Assembly: GCA_048128005.1 (NCBI GenBank)
Contig: JBEUKZ010000065.1
Location: forward strand, 310,001 to 374,000
DNA from: Veleropilina oligotropha
Taxonomy: Eukaryota
Direction: 5' to 3'
DNA: 64,000 nt
A program made the translations under genes and the position numbers. Positions 12,873-25,227 of the stretch are shown in pieces. The notes under the pieces are model-generated. The model made no database searches. It saw nothing but the letters and a program-made list of their open reading frames with translations, and was not told the origin of the DNA. The first letter of the stretch is position 1. Each line of letters opens with the position of its first letter.

Positions 12873-14191
12873 TCGGGCTTTTATTCTCCTACCTGAATCT
12901 GGGGTCCCGGCAAGGTTTCAGCGACTCCCCATGAGTCGCGGAGGTTTCGCCGGTAGATCCGGCGACAGACGGTGTATTTGGTCGGCTGTCGTCCAGCGTC
13001 CCTGAAGTAGACAAAAAAAACGTTAATTCCCTTTAACCTACCATTTTGTCCCTTCTCCGGGGGAGAACCCACCGTGGTAACCGCTCTGGTCGGCTTCACT
13101 GGTGGAATAAGATCGCCCACTGCCTCTCTGTTAAAACTAGGCACAGTTCACATTTATAAACTTACTGCAGTTACGGTGAACACGGCATTCCGTGTGCGTA
13201 TCAAATTCCGTGAATCTCTTTGGTTACACCCGGAGCTACTGCACCGGACCATAGCTGATACACGGGAGGGTGGTAGTGGGTGGTCGGGGTAGTTAAATAA
13301 GTATATGTTTGGTAGTTGTGACTTTTTACTACTACAACACTTTAAATTGCCCTGATCTGAAGATCAAAGATCAGGCGATATACCGCAAAATAACCCCGAA
13401 CTGGGAACACCGAGGTCGGGTAATAAACCCGGCAAATAGACTAAACAAACGGGGGTTCTTTCTTAGAAAAAACCGCCCAGAAAAACACCTGAAAACCTCG
13501 TGGATGTTTTTAAATTAGTACTATGGCGTATTATCCCAGTAACGGCAGGATATCAGAATAACTAAAGTTGATATCTAAACAATCCTGCCTTTTAACGACG
13601 CTAAATATTTATACAATAATTACCAGCAATAAGCGTTGTTAAGGAATTATCCAATATAATGAGTTACCTGCTTGCAGTCTCAAACAATATCAGATAAAAT
13701 ATACCGACCAGAAATTTCTTCTAAACACGAAACTTCCCCTCTGAGCGGCCCACGCTTTTCACGGCAATGGCGGCGATGTCGGTTTCACTTGAATCACACA
13801 ACTTCTTCGAAGTTTGAATTCACTGGTGTTTTATATCCTTCAACACAGGGTATATTATCTCCACAACTTATAACGATGATATAAGCTGAATTAGCGTCTT
13901 CGATTTAACGTATAAATCGTTAAGACTTCGAAATATTTGCGGAGCAACAAAACACGTTTTTCCGTTTCGGCGGAAAACTTTGAATTGAGGTCTTGTGATC
14001 TCGAGCTCGGATATCTCGCGAGACTTGGCGAGATCTCGCCGGGGGAACTTAGAGAGGGGGAGCAGGGGAGGTGATCGTGGTGTGTTTTGACTTAATAAGT
14101 GCATAAATGTGACTTTATTCATTGTTTCCGGTTGGCGATAATATGACTATTATGGCAAGAGTAAGGACGTAAGTATGTTTGTAACTACATA

Positions 14192-14530
14192 CTACTACAG
14201 ACAGAGATCGAGCATCATCATGGGGGGGGGGGGGCTCTGGAGGAAGAGGCAAACAAATACTACTACAGACAGAGATCCAGCATCATCATGGGGGGCTCTG
14301 GAGGAGGAAGCCAACAAATACTACTACAGACAGAGATCCAGCATCATCATGGGGGGCTCTGGAGGAGGAAGCCAACAAATACTACTACAGACAGAGATCC
14401 AGCATCATCATGGGGGGCTCTGGAGGAAGAGGCAAACAAATACTACTACAGACAGAGATCCAGCATCATCATGGGGGGCTCTGGAGGAAGAGGCAAACAA
14501 ATACTACTACAGACAGAGATCCAGCATTAT
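14192..14530. repeat. 61-bp splice-acceptor minisatellite (middle part)
   Basis: About 5.5 units resuming exactly where the array was interrupted at 7001. Confidence 0.95.
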
Positions 14531-16600
14531 CGTCCCGAACGCAGCCGGTCTGTCCACGTTATCTAGCGTGACCATCGTGGGTGCACGGGAGAGAACGGGC
14601 CCTCTGAAACAGTCGTGAGCTCCGAGGTTGAGCGGAAAAACCCGAGGGTTAGTCGCGTCGGTCTCGGACGAGGTTTCAGGCGTCGCCAATTGTCCGGATC
14701 TTAGACCATCGTAATGGTGTCCGGCCTCTTTATTGGCTTTCTCATTGGGTTGCTCTCCGTCGTTAAACGGAGAGTTTCCCGCAGAAGGACTAACGTTCCC
14801 CGTATTCTTCGAGGCCGAAGAATAGGAAGGGGATTGTCTGCCCTGCTCAGCGGTTCGCCGCACTGCCAGATATACCTTGCTAGCCGGCAAGGTATGGTTG
14901 GCTGCAGTTACTAGGCACGTTTGAGGAGGATCGAACAGCACTCGGGCTTTTATTCTCCTACCTGAATCTGGGGTCCCGGCAAGGTTTCAGCGACTCCCCA
15001 TGAGTCGCGGAGGTTTCGCCGGTAGATCCGGCGACAGACGGTGTATTTGGTCGGCTGTCGTCCAGCGTCCCTGAAGTAGACAAAAAAAACGTTAATTCCC
15101 TTTAACCTACCATTTTGTCCCTTCTCCGGGGGAGAACCCACCGTGGTAACCGCTCTGGTCGGCTTCACTGGTGGAATAAGATCGCCCACTGCCTCTCTGT
15201 TAAAACTAGGCACAGTTCACATTTATAAACTTACTGCAGTTACGGTGAACACGGCATTCCGTGTGCGTATCAAATTCCGTGAATCTCTTTGGTTACACCC
15301 GGAGCTACTGCACCGGACCATAGCTGATACACGGGAGGGTGGTAGTGGGTGGTCGGGGTAGTTAAATAAGTATATGTTTGGTAGTTGTGACTTTTTACTA
15401 CTACAACACTTTAAATTGCCCTGATCTGAAGATCAAAGATCAGGCGATATACCGCAAAATAACCCCGAACTGGGAACACCGAGGTCGGGTAATAAACCCG
15501 GCAAATAGACTAAACAAACGGGGGTTCTTTCTTAGAAAAAACCGCCCAGAAAAACACCTGAAAACCTCGTGGATGTTTTTAAATTAGTACTATGGCGTAT
15601 TATCCCAGTAACGGCAGGATATCAGAATAACTAAAGTTGATATCTAAACAATCCTGCCTTTTAACGACGCTAAATATTTATACAATAATTACCAGCAATA
15701 AGCGTCGTTAAGGAATTATCCAATATAATGAGTTATCTGCTTGCAGTCTCAAACAATATCAGATAAAATATACCGACCAGAAATTTCTTCTAAACACGAA
15801 ACTTCCCCTCTGAGCGGCCCACGCTTTTCACGGCAATGGCGGCGATGTCGGTTTCACTTGAATCACACAACTTCTTCGAAGTTTGAATTCACTGGTGTTT
15901 TATATCCTTCAACACAGGGTATATTATCTCCACAACTTATAACGATGATATAAGCTGAATTAGCGTCTTCGATTTAACGTATAAATCGTTAGACTTCGAA
16001 ATATTTGCGGAGCAACAAAACACGTTTTTCCGTTTCGGCGGAAAACTTTGAATTGAGGTCTTGTGATCTCGAGTTCGGATATCTCGCGAGACTTGGCGAG
16101 ATCTCGCCGGGGGAACTTAGAGAGGGGGAGCAGGGGAGGTGATCGTGGTGTGTTTTGACTTAATAAGTGCATAAATGTGACTTTATTCACTGTTTCCGGT
16201 TGGCGATAATATGACTATTATGGCAAGAGTAAGGACGTAAGTATGTTTGTAACTACATACTACTACAGACAGAGATCCAGCATCATCATGGGGGGGGGGG
16301 GGGGCTCTGGAGGAAGAGGCAAACAAATACTACTACAGACAGAGATCCAGCATCATCATGGGGGGCTCTGGAGGAGGAAGCCAACAAATACTACTACAGA
16401 CAGAGATCCAGCATCATCATGGGGGGCTCTGGAGGAGGAAGCCAACAAATACTACTACAGACAGAGATCCAGCATCATCATGGGGGGCTCTGGAGGAAGA
16501 GGCAAACAAATACTACTACAGACAGAGATCCAGCATCATCATGGGGGGCTCTGGAGGAAGAGGCAAACAAATACTACTACAGACAGAGATCCAGCATTAT
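14531..16600. repeat. Tandem duplication (2069-bp offset) of the DIRS 5' end plus flanking minisatellite
   Basis: Near-identical to 12462-14530, including the expanded poly-G unit and the CATTATC variant unit. About 6 small differences seen by eye. Confidence 0.93.
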
Positions 16601-17985
16601 CATGGGGGACTCTGAAGGAGGAAGCCAACAAATACTACTACAGACAGAGATCCAGCATCATCATGGGGGGCTCTTGAGGAAGAGGCAAACAAATAATACT
16701 ACAGACAGAGATCCAGCATCATCATGGGGGGCTCTGGAGGAAGAGGCAAACAAATACTACTACAGACAGAGATCCAGCATCATCATGGGGGGCTCTGGTG
16801 GAGGAAGCGAACAAATACTACTACAGACAGAGATCCAGCATCATCATGGGGGGCTCTGGAGGAAGAGGCAAACAAATACTACTACAGACAGAGATCCAGC
16901 ATCATCATGGGGGGATCTGGAGGAGGAAGCCAACAAATACTACTACAGACAGAGATCCAGCATCATCATGGGGGGCTCTGGAGGAAGAAGCAAACAAATA
17001 CTACTCCAGACAGAGATCCAGCATCATCATGGGGGGCTCTGGAGGAAGAAGGCAACAAATACTACTACAGACAGAGATCCAACATCATCATGGGGGGCTC
17101 TGGAGGAGGAAGCCAACAAATACTACTACAGACAGAGATCCAGCATCATCATGGGGGCTCTGGAGGAGGAAGCGAACAAATACTACTACAGACAGAGATC
17201 CAGCATCATCATGGGGGGCTCTGGAGGAAGAAGCAAACAAATACTACTCCAGACAGAGATCCAGCATCATCATGGGGGGCTCTAGAGGAAGAAGGCAACA
17301 AATACTACTACAGACAGAGATCCAGCATCATCATGGGGGCTCTGGAGGAGGAAGCGAACAAATACTACTACAGACAGAGATCCAGCATCATCATGGGGGG
17401 CTCTGGTGGAGGAAGCGAACAAATACTACTACAGACAAAGATCCAGCATCATCATGGGGGGCTCTGGAGGAGGAAGCCAACAAATACTACTACAGACAGA
17501 GATCCAGCATCATCATGGGGGCTCTGGAGGAAGAGGCGAACAAATACTACTACAGACAGAGATCCAGCATCATCATGGGGGGCTCTGGAGGAAGAGGCAA
17601 ACAAATACTACTACAGACAGAGATCCAGCATTATCATGGGGGACTCTGAAGGAGGAAGCCAACAAATACTACTACAGACAGAGATCCAGCATCATCATGG
17701 GAGGCTCTGGAGGAAGAGGCGAACAAATACTACTACAGCCGGAGATCCAGCATCTTCATGGGGGGCTCTGGAGGAAGCCAACAAATACTACTACAGACAG
17801 AGATCCAACATCATCATGGGGGGCTCTGGAGGAATAAGTCAACAAATACTACTACAGACAGAGATCCAGCATCATCATGGGGGGGCTCTGGAGGAGGAAG
17901 CGAACAAATACTACTACAGACAGAGATCCAGCATCATCATGGGGGGCTCTGGAGGAGGAAGCAAACAAATACTACTACAGCCGGA
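16260..17985. repeat. 61-bp splice-acceptor minisatellite (right part)
   Basis: About 28 units; ends in unique intron sequence at CCGGATTTC. Confidence 0.95.
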
Positions 17986-18371
17986 TTTCAAGTCGGGTAC
18001 AGATTCTCATGTTCAAGTCCGGACAAAGAGAATCTTTTCAAGTCAGGACTCAAAGACACGTGTTCAGTCCCACTAGAATACAGGAAAGTAAACTTTCATA
18101 GTTAGACCATCCACAAGAATAACTGACGCCGGAGACCTTAGCCATTGATCCCTGTTTACTGTATAACGGGAGATACCTCTTTATAATGAGAAACCTATTA
18201 TTATGTTTTTATCTGGATCCGCTGATTTAGTCCAATGTTGATATGATGTGGGGGCTTGGTTTGGATTTATGATTAATGTCCCAATTTAACAACCTTCAGA
18301 TTCGGACACGTCCATATTATCACGAAAGGATAACCTGGTTTCCATCCTTGACTGTAAATAATCATAATTAC

Positions 18372-18482
18372 CTCCTGCCGTGTAGCAGGCCAGCAGCCGA
18401 ATGACGTTGTTGTGCGTCTGGAGAACTTTCATCACTTCCATTTCCGCTAGGAAAAACTTGCGCTCTTTGTCTGTGGCGCCAG
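18372..18482 (-). CDS. Receptor tyrosine pseudokinase, exon: kinase subdomains III-IV
   Basis: gcattcag|CT...GGA G|gtaatt; 111 bp, phase 1-1: GATDKERKFFLAEMEVMKVLQTHNNVIRLLACYTAG (alphaC Glu). Confidence 0.9.
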
Positions 18483-18507
18483 CTGAATGCAAAAACAGAG
18501 CATTATA

Positions 18508-18822
18508 TGAACATTCAGATAAAATATGATCAGGATATCAACATTCAGATTAAACCACATCAGGGTAACAACATTCAGATCAAACCACATCAGGATATCA
18601 ACATTAGGATATCAACATTCAGACCACATCACATCAGGGTAACAACATTCAGATCAAACCACATCAGGATATCAATATTTCGATCAACATTCAGATCAAA
18701 CCACATCAGGGTAACAACATTCAGATCAAATCACATCAGGATATCAACATTGAGATCAAACCACATCAGGATATCAACATTCAGATCAAACCGCATCAGG
18801 ATATCAACATTCAGATCAAATG
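18508..18822. repeat. 30-bp tandem repeat (CAGGATATCAACATTCAGATCAAACCACAT)
   Basis: About 10 copies just upstream of an exon acceptor. Degenerate copies reappear near 25610-25680. Confidence 0.9.
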
Positions 18823-19040
18823 AAAGCAAGGTGTCAACATTTATCTCAAAGTCAATTTTTATGATCATTCAAATAGATTCAATTAGATCTATCCTTAATG
18901 TCACATTTTTAACACCATTCAGCGTCTTATCAGTAATGTCTATATTTATATTATGGAATAAATTGTTCATGGTTTCAAGAATCACATGGATAATAAATAG
19001 TAAATGATTTACTTACTTTGAAACAAATAATTGCGAAACG

Positions 19041-19085
19041 ATTAAGACGTTTCGGTCCATCTACTGTGGACCTTGGTCACATAAT
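19041..19085 (-). ncRNA. Second hammerhead copy in the inverted terminal repeat (stem I mismatch)
   Basis: Reverse complement ATTAT-GTGACCA-A-GGTCCA cagtaga TGGACC-GAAA-CG-TC-TTAAT. Core intact; U-U mismatch at the base of stem I. Confidence 0.7.
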
Positions 19086-19286
19086 GACGATTTATGACAT
19101 AGCGCTCTACGTGGCAGGAGAATCCAAAATACAAGAACCAAATTGTAAATAAATTGAAGCAATGGAAAGGGGACGGCACCATAAGTGACCAGTTATACTG
19201 GAAACTCTACCCAGATTCAGAAGAACCACCCAAGCTATATGGCACACCAAAAATCCACAAGCCTAAACACCACCTCACCACCACCT

Positions 19287-19886
19287 AGTGTCACGCACAA
19301 GGCAGCAAAGTACCTGTGAGCTGTGGTAGTGTCACGCACAAGGCAGCAAGTACCTGCGAGCTGTGGTAGTGTCACACACAAGGCAGCAAGTACCTGCGAG
19401 CTGTGGTAGTGTCACGCACAAGGCAGCAAAGTACAAGCGAGCTGTGGTAGTGTCACGTACAAGGCAGCAAGTACCTGTGAGCTGTGGTAGTGTCACGCAC
19501 AAGGCAGCAAAGTACAAGCGAGCTGTGGTAGTGTCACGCACAAGGCAGCAAGTACCTGCGAGCTGTGGTAGTGTCACGCACAAGGCAGCAAAGTACAAGC
19601 GAGCTGTGGTAGTGTCACGCACAAGGCAGCAAAGTACCTGTGAGCTGTGGTAGTGTCACGCATAAGGCAGCAAAGTACCTGCGAGCTGTGGTAGTGTCAC
19701 TCACAAGGCAGCAAAGTACCTGCGAGCTGTGGTAGTGTCACGCACAAGGCAGCAAAGTACCTGCGAGCTGTGGTAGTGTCACGCACAAGGCAGCAAAGTA
19801 CCTGCGAGCTGTGGTAGTGTCACGCACAAGGCAGCAAAGTACCTGCGAGCTGTGGTAGTGTCACACACAGGGCAGCAAAGTACCTG
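19287..19886. repeat. 40/41-bp minisatellite derived from Penelope RT coding sequence
   Basis: Unit GCGAGCTGTGGTAGTGTCACGCACAAGGCAGCAAAGTACCT (SCGSVTHKAAKYL), about 14 copies; the RT reading continues after the last unit (ANILMS). Confidence 0.93.
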
Positions 19887-20861
19887 GCTAACATCCTAAT
19901 GTCCATCATGGGTAATCAATATAGCGTCAAGAACAGCGGTGAACTTGTAAAGAAACTGAGGGGACGTGAAATACTCCCTGGTCGTGTACTTGTTTCATAC
20001 GACGTCACAGCACTTTTTACCAGCGTGCCTGTAGACCAATTGCAAGCCCTTAAAGTTATTATCACCAAACTTCGGCCTCTAATCTACATCAACGTACAAA
20101 ACTCTCCATTCCACAAATTATGGCATTGATAGACATCTGTCTAAAAACAGCATACTTCGTATATAATGGCAATTATTACCACAAATACATGGTGCAGCGA
20201 TGGGATCCCCCATATCCCCAGTGATAGACAACCTCTATATGGAGTACTTGAGTCCAAACCCATAACAACAGCACCTACACCACCATTTATGTGGCTCAGA
20301 TATGTGGATGATACCTTCACAGTCCTACATGAATATGACGTAGAGATCTTCACTAACCACATTAACAGTATTGATCACAACATCGAGTTCACTACAGAGC
20401 CTGAACGTGACAGGAAGTTACCTTTCCTCGACCTGTGTCTGCATGTTCTTGATGATGACTCTACAAAGATTACTATATACCAGAAACCGACACATACTGA
20501 CCAATATCTGAACTTTAAATCGCATCATCCGCTCGTTCATAAACGTTCAGTAGTCCGCACGCTCAAAAACCATGCCAACCAGTATGTAGCCACAACTGAA
20601 GACACAGAGGCTGAAATTCGACACGTATACGCAGCGCTCAAGGCTAATCAATACGCCGATTGGGCACTGAACATACCCCCACCCAAACCTCGATCCACAA
20701 ATACCAACATCAACGGATTAGGAAACAAACCACCATCCATAGGGTTACCATACGTGCAAGGTTTATCTGAACCACTAGCCTGGGTGTTCAAGAGTCATAA
20801 CATACATATTTTCCACAAACCGAAAATACAATCCGTTCGCTGATTGTCCATCCAAAGGACA

Positions 20862-22090
20862 AACTAGAAATATGTCCATCGGACACGAATGCCCCCACTG
20901 GCAGCCTTGACCATAGGGGCAGTGTACAAAGTATCAAGTCAATCCATGAAGGCAAATAGAAGTTATAGCAGATTGGAGTTGCTTACACGCAAATACTGGT
21001 TTCGGGACGGACGGGACGGACGGGACGGGACGGGACGGACGGACGGGACGGACAAGAGTAAATCTAAATGCCACCCCAATAAATTGGTGGTGGCATAAAA
21101 ACCAAGTCAACCTGTGAAGGCAGAAGGAAGTTATAGCAGATTGGAGTTTCTTGCAAGCACATACTGGTGTGAAGAGCTAAGTCATTTGACCTAGGGCATA
21201 GGGGCAACATGGGTGGGTCACAGAAGCGAAGCATGAATGATGATAAGCAAGTATATGAATGATGATAAGCAAATGTATGAAGTATCAAGTCAATGCATGC
21301 AAGCAGATGGAAGTTATAACAGAATGGAGTTACTTACACGTAAATACTGTTTTTCGGGAGATAAGCCATTTGACCTTGACCTTGGCCAAAGGGCGACATG
21401 GATGGGGCATACAAGCGAAGTATGAATGATCATAAACAAGTGTACAAAGTATCAAATCAATCCATGAAGGCAGATGGAAGTTATAGCAGAATGAAGTTAC
21501 TTGCACGCAAATACTGGTCTGAAGAGATAAGTTATTTGACATTGACCTTCGCCATAGGGCGACTTGGATGGGTCACAGAAGCGAAGCATGAATGATGATA
21601 AGCAAGTGTACAAAACATCAAGTCAATCAATGAAGGCAAATAGAAGTTATAGCAGATTGAAGTTTCTTACACGCAAATACTGGTTCGAAGAGCTAAGTCA
21701 TTTGACCTTGACCTTGGCCATACGGCGACATGGATGGGTCGCAGAAGCGAAGCATGAATGATGATAAGCAAGTGTACAAAGTATAAAGTCAATCCATGAA
21801 GGCAAATATAAGTTATAGCAGATTGGAGTTGCTTACACGCAAATACTGGTTTGAAGAGCCAAGTCATTTGACCTTGACCTTGGCCATACGGCGACATGGA
21901 TGGGTCGCAGAAGCGAAGGATGAATGATGATAAGCAAGTGTACAAAGTATGAAGTCAATCCATGAAGGCAAATAGAAGTTATAGCAGATTGGAGTTGCTT
22001 ACACGCAAATACTGGTTTCGGGACGGACGGGACGGGACGGACAAGAGTAAATCTAAATGCCACCCCAATAAATTGGTGGTGGCATAAAAA
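20862..22090 (-). mobile_element. Helentron-associated non-autonomous element (HINE/DINE-1-like) inserted in the Penelope ORF
   Basis: On the minus strand: 5' TTTTTATGCCACC..GGTGGCAT inverted repeat, (GTCC/GTCCC)n microsatellite, internal repeats of about 179 bp, and a 3' GGGGGCAT + TGTCC-GAT-GGACA hairpin + CTAGTT. Inserted in an A/T run; its 5' end is repeated internally at 21000-21100. Confidence 0.75.
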
Positions 22091-22333
22091 AAAACCCATG
22101 GAAAAGCTATCATATTATGTATCATGCAGACGACCAACATGCCTACATTGGCAAAATGAAACGCCCCTTACAGCAACGGTTCAAGGAACATTGTAACATC
22201 GACCGACTCACAGGTGTATGGGACCATTGTCTAGAGACTAGACACTCAGTATCCATAAAGAACACCACTCTAGGATACTAACACGAGACGAAGACTGGTT
22301 CAGCCGCAAAGTGAAAGAAGCCATTTACATCAG

Positions 22334-25214
22334 GCAACAGAAACCCACCATGAACCGGGACCTGGGTTACCACCTCCCGGCAACAGAAACCCACCATGAA
22401 CCGGGACCTGGGTTACCACCTCCCGGCAACAGAAACCCACCATGAACCGGGACCTGGGTTACCACCTCCCGGCAACCGAAACCCACCATGAACCGGGACC
22501 TGGGTTACCACCTCCCGGCAACAGAAACCCATCATGAACCGGGACCTGGGTTACCACCTCCCGGCAACAGAAACCCACCATGAACCGGGACCTGGGTTAC
22601 CACCTCCCGGCAACAGAAACCCACCATGAACCGGGACCTGGGTTACCACCTCCCGGCAACAGAAACCCACCATGAACCGGGACCTGGGTTACCACCTCCC
22701 GGCAACAGAAACCTACCATGAACCGGGACCTGGGTTACCACCTCCCGGCAACAGAAACCCACCATGAACCGGGACCTGGGTTACCACCTCCCGGCAACAG
22801 AAACCCATCATGAACCGGGACCTGGGTTACCACCTCCCGGCAACAGAAACCCACCATGAACCGGGACCTGGGTTACCACCTCCCGGCAACAGAAACCCAT
22901 CATGAACCGGGACCTGGGTTACCACCTCCCGGCAACAGAAACCCACCATGAACCGGGACCTGGGTTACCACCTCCCGGCAACAGAAACCCACCATGAACC
23001 GGGACCTGGGTCACCACCTCCCGGCCATCTACGGCAACAGAAACCCACCATGAACCGGGACCTGGGTCACCACCTCCCGGCCATCTACGGCAACAGAAAC
23101 CCACCATGAACCGGGACCTGGGTCACCACCTCCCGGCCATCTACGGCAACAGAAACCCACCATGAACCGGGACCTGGGTCACCACCTCCCGGCCATCTAC
23201 GGCAACAGAAACCCACCATGAACCGGGACCTGGGTCACCACCTCCCGGCCATCTACGGCAACAGAAACCCACCATGAACCGGGACCTGGGTCACCACCTC
23301 CCGGCCATCTACGGCAACAGAAACCCACCATGAACCGGGACCTGGGTCACCACCTCCCGGCCATCTACGGCAACAGAAACCCACCATGAACCGGGACCTG
23401 GGTCACCACCTCCCGGCCATCTACGGCAACAGAAACCCACCATGAACCGGGACCTGGGTCACCACCTCCCGGCCATCTACGGCAACAGAAACCCACCATG
23501 AACCGGGACCTGGGTCACCACCTCCCGGCCATCTACGGCAACAGAAACCCACCATGAACCGGGACCTGGGTCACCACCTCCCGGCCATCTACGGCAACAG
23601 AAACCCACCATGAACCGGGACCTGGGTCACCACCTCCCGGCCATCTACGGCAACAGAAACCCACCATGAACCGGGACCTGGGTCACCACCTCCCGGCCAT
23701 CTACGGCAACAGAAACCCACCATGAACCGGGACCTGGGTCACCACCTCCCGGCAACAGAAACCCACCATGAACCGGGACCTGGGTTACCACCTCCTGGCA
23801 ACAGAAACCCACCATGAACCGGGACCTGGGTTACCACCTCCCGGCAACAGAAACCCACCATGAACCGGGACCTGGGTTACCACCTCCCGGCAACAGAAAC
23901 CCACCATGAACCGGGACCTGGGTTACCACCTCCCGGCAACAGAAACCCACCATGAACCGGGACCTGGGTCACCACCTCCCGGCCATCTACGGCAACAGAA
24001 ACCCACCATGAACCGGGACCTGGGTCACCACCTCCCGGCCATCTACGGCAACAGAAACCCACCATGAACCGGGACCTGGGTCACCACCTCCCGGCCATCT
24101 ACGGCAACAGAAACCCACCATGAACCGGGACCTGGGTCACCACCTCCCGGCCATCTACGGCAACAGAAACCCACCATGAACCGGGACCTGGGTCACCACC
24201 TCCCGGCCATCTACGGCAACAGAAACCCACCATGAACCGGGACCTGGGTCACCACCTCCCGGCCATCTACGGCAACAGAAACCCACCATGAACCGGGACC
24301 TGGGTCACCACCTCCCGGCAACAGAAACCCACCATGAACCGGGACCTGGGTTACCACCTCCCGGCAACAGAAACCCACCATGAACCGGGACCTGGGTTAC
24401 CACCTCCCGGCAACAGAAACCCACCATGAACCGGGACCTGGGTTACCACCTCCCGGCAACAGAAACCCACCATGAACCGGGACCTGGGTTACCACCTCCC
24501 GGCAACAGAAACCCACCATGAACCGGGACCTGGGTCACCACCTCCCGGCCATCTACGGCAACAGAAACCCACCATGAACCGGGACCTGGGTCACCACCTC
24601 CCGGCAACAGAAACCCACCATGAACCGGGACCTGGGTTACCACCTCCCGGCAACAGAAACCCACCATGAACCGGGACCTGGGTTACCACCTCCCGGCAAC
24701 AGAAACCCACCATGAACCGGGACCTGGGTTACCACCTCCCGGCAACAGAAACCCACCATGAACCGGGACCTGGGTTACCACCTCCCGGCAACAGAAACCC
24801 ACCATGAACCGGGACCTGGGTTACCACCTCCCGGCAACAGAAACCCACCATGAACCGGGACCTGGGTTACCACCTCCCGGCAACAGAAACCCACCATGAA
24901 CCGGGACCTGGGTCACCACCTCCCGGCCATCTACGGCAACAGAAACCCACCATGAACCGGGACCTGGGTCACCACCTCCCGGCAACAGAAACCCACCATG
25001 AACCGGGACCTGGGTTACCACCTCCCGGCAACAGAAACCCACCATGAACCGGGACCTGGGTTACCACCTCCCGGCAACAGAAACCCACCATGAACCGGGA
25101 CCTGGGTCACCACCTCCCGGCAACAGAAACCCACCATGAACCGGGACCTGGGTTACCACCTCCCGGCAACAGAAACCCACCATGAACCGGGACCTGGGTC
25201 ACCACCTCCCGGCC
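22334..25214. repeat. 46/56-bp minisatellite derived from the Penelope GIY-YIG C-terminus
   Basis: Unit GGCAACAGAAACCCACCATGAACCGGGACCTGGGTYACCACCTCCC, with or without GGCCATCTAC. Near-identical copies over 2.9 kb. Confidence 0.96.
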
Positions 25215-25227
25215 GTCTACACATCGA

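Larger units (their letters stand above)
6999..14191 (-). mobile_element. DIRS1-type tyrosine-recombinase retrotransposon, full length but with disrupted ORFs
   Basis: Inverted terminal repeats about 7035-7238 and 13977-14180, a unique 3' extension at 7002-7034, and an ICR at 7301-7391. Internal order gag, RT/RNase H, MT, YR. No TSD; ATA at both junctions. Confidence 0.93.

Noticed and set aside
8440..13300. GC- and CpG-rich island with integrase and methyltransferase, suggesting a prophage or horizontal transfer
   Set aside because: Fully explained by the DIRS retrotransposon (RT, RNase H, ITRs, ICR).
16243..18105. Long ORFs (up to 450 aa) in the 61-bp array, and similar ORFs at 37612-38835, 29104-30036, 43204-43926 and 49687-50166
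   Set aside because: They result from stop-free repeat units, are often open in several frames at once, and mostly lie antisense within introns.
22334..25214. Regular arrays resembling CRISPR
   Set aside because: No unique spacers, no cas genes, and a eukaryotic context.
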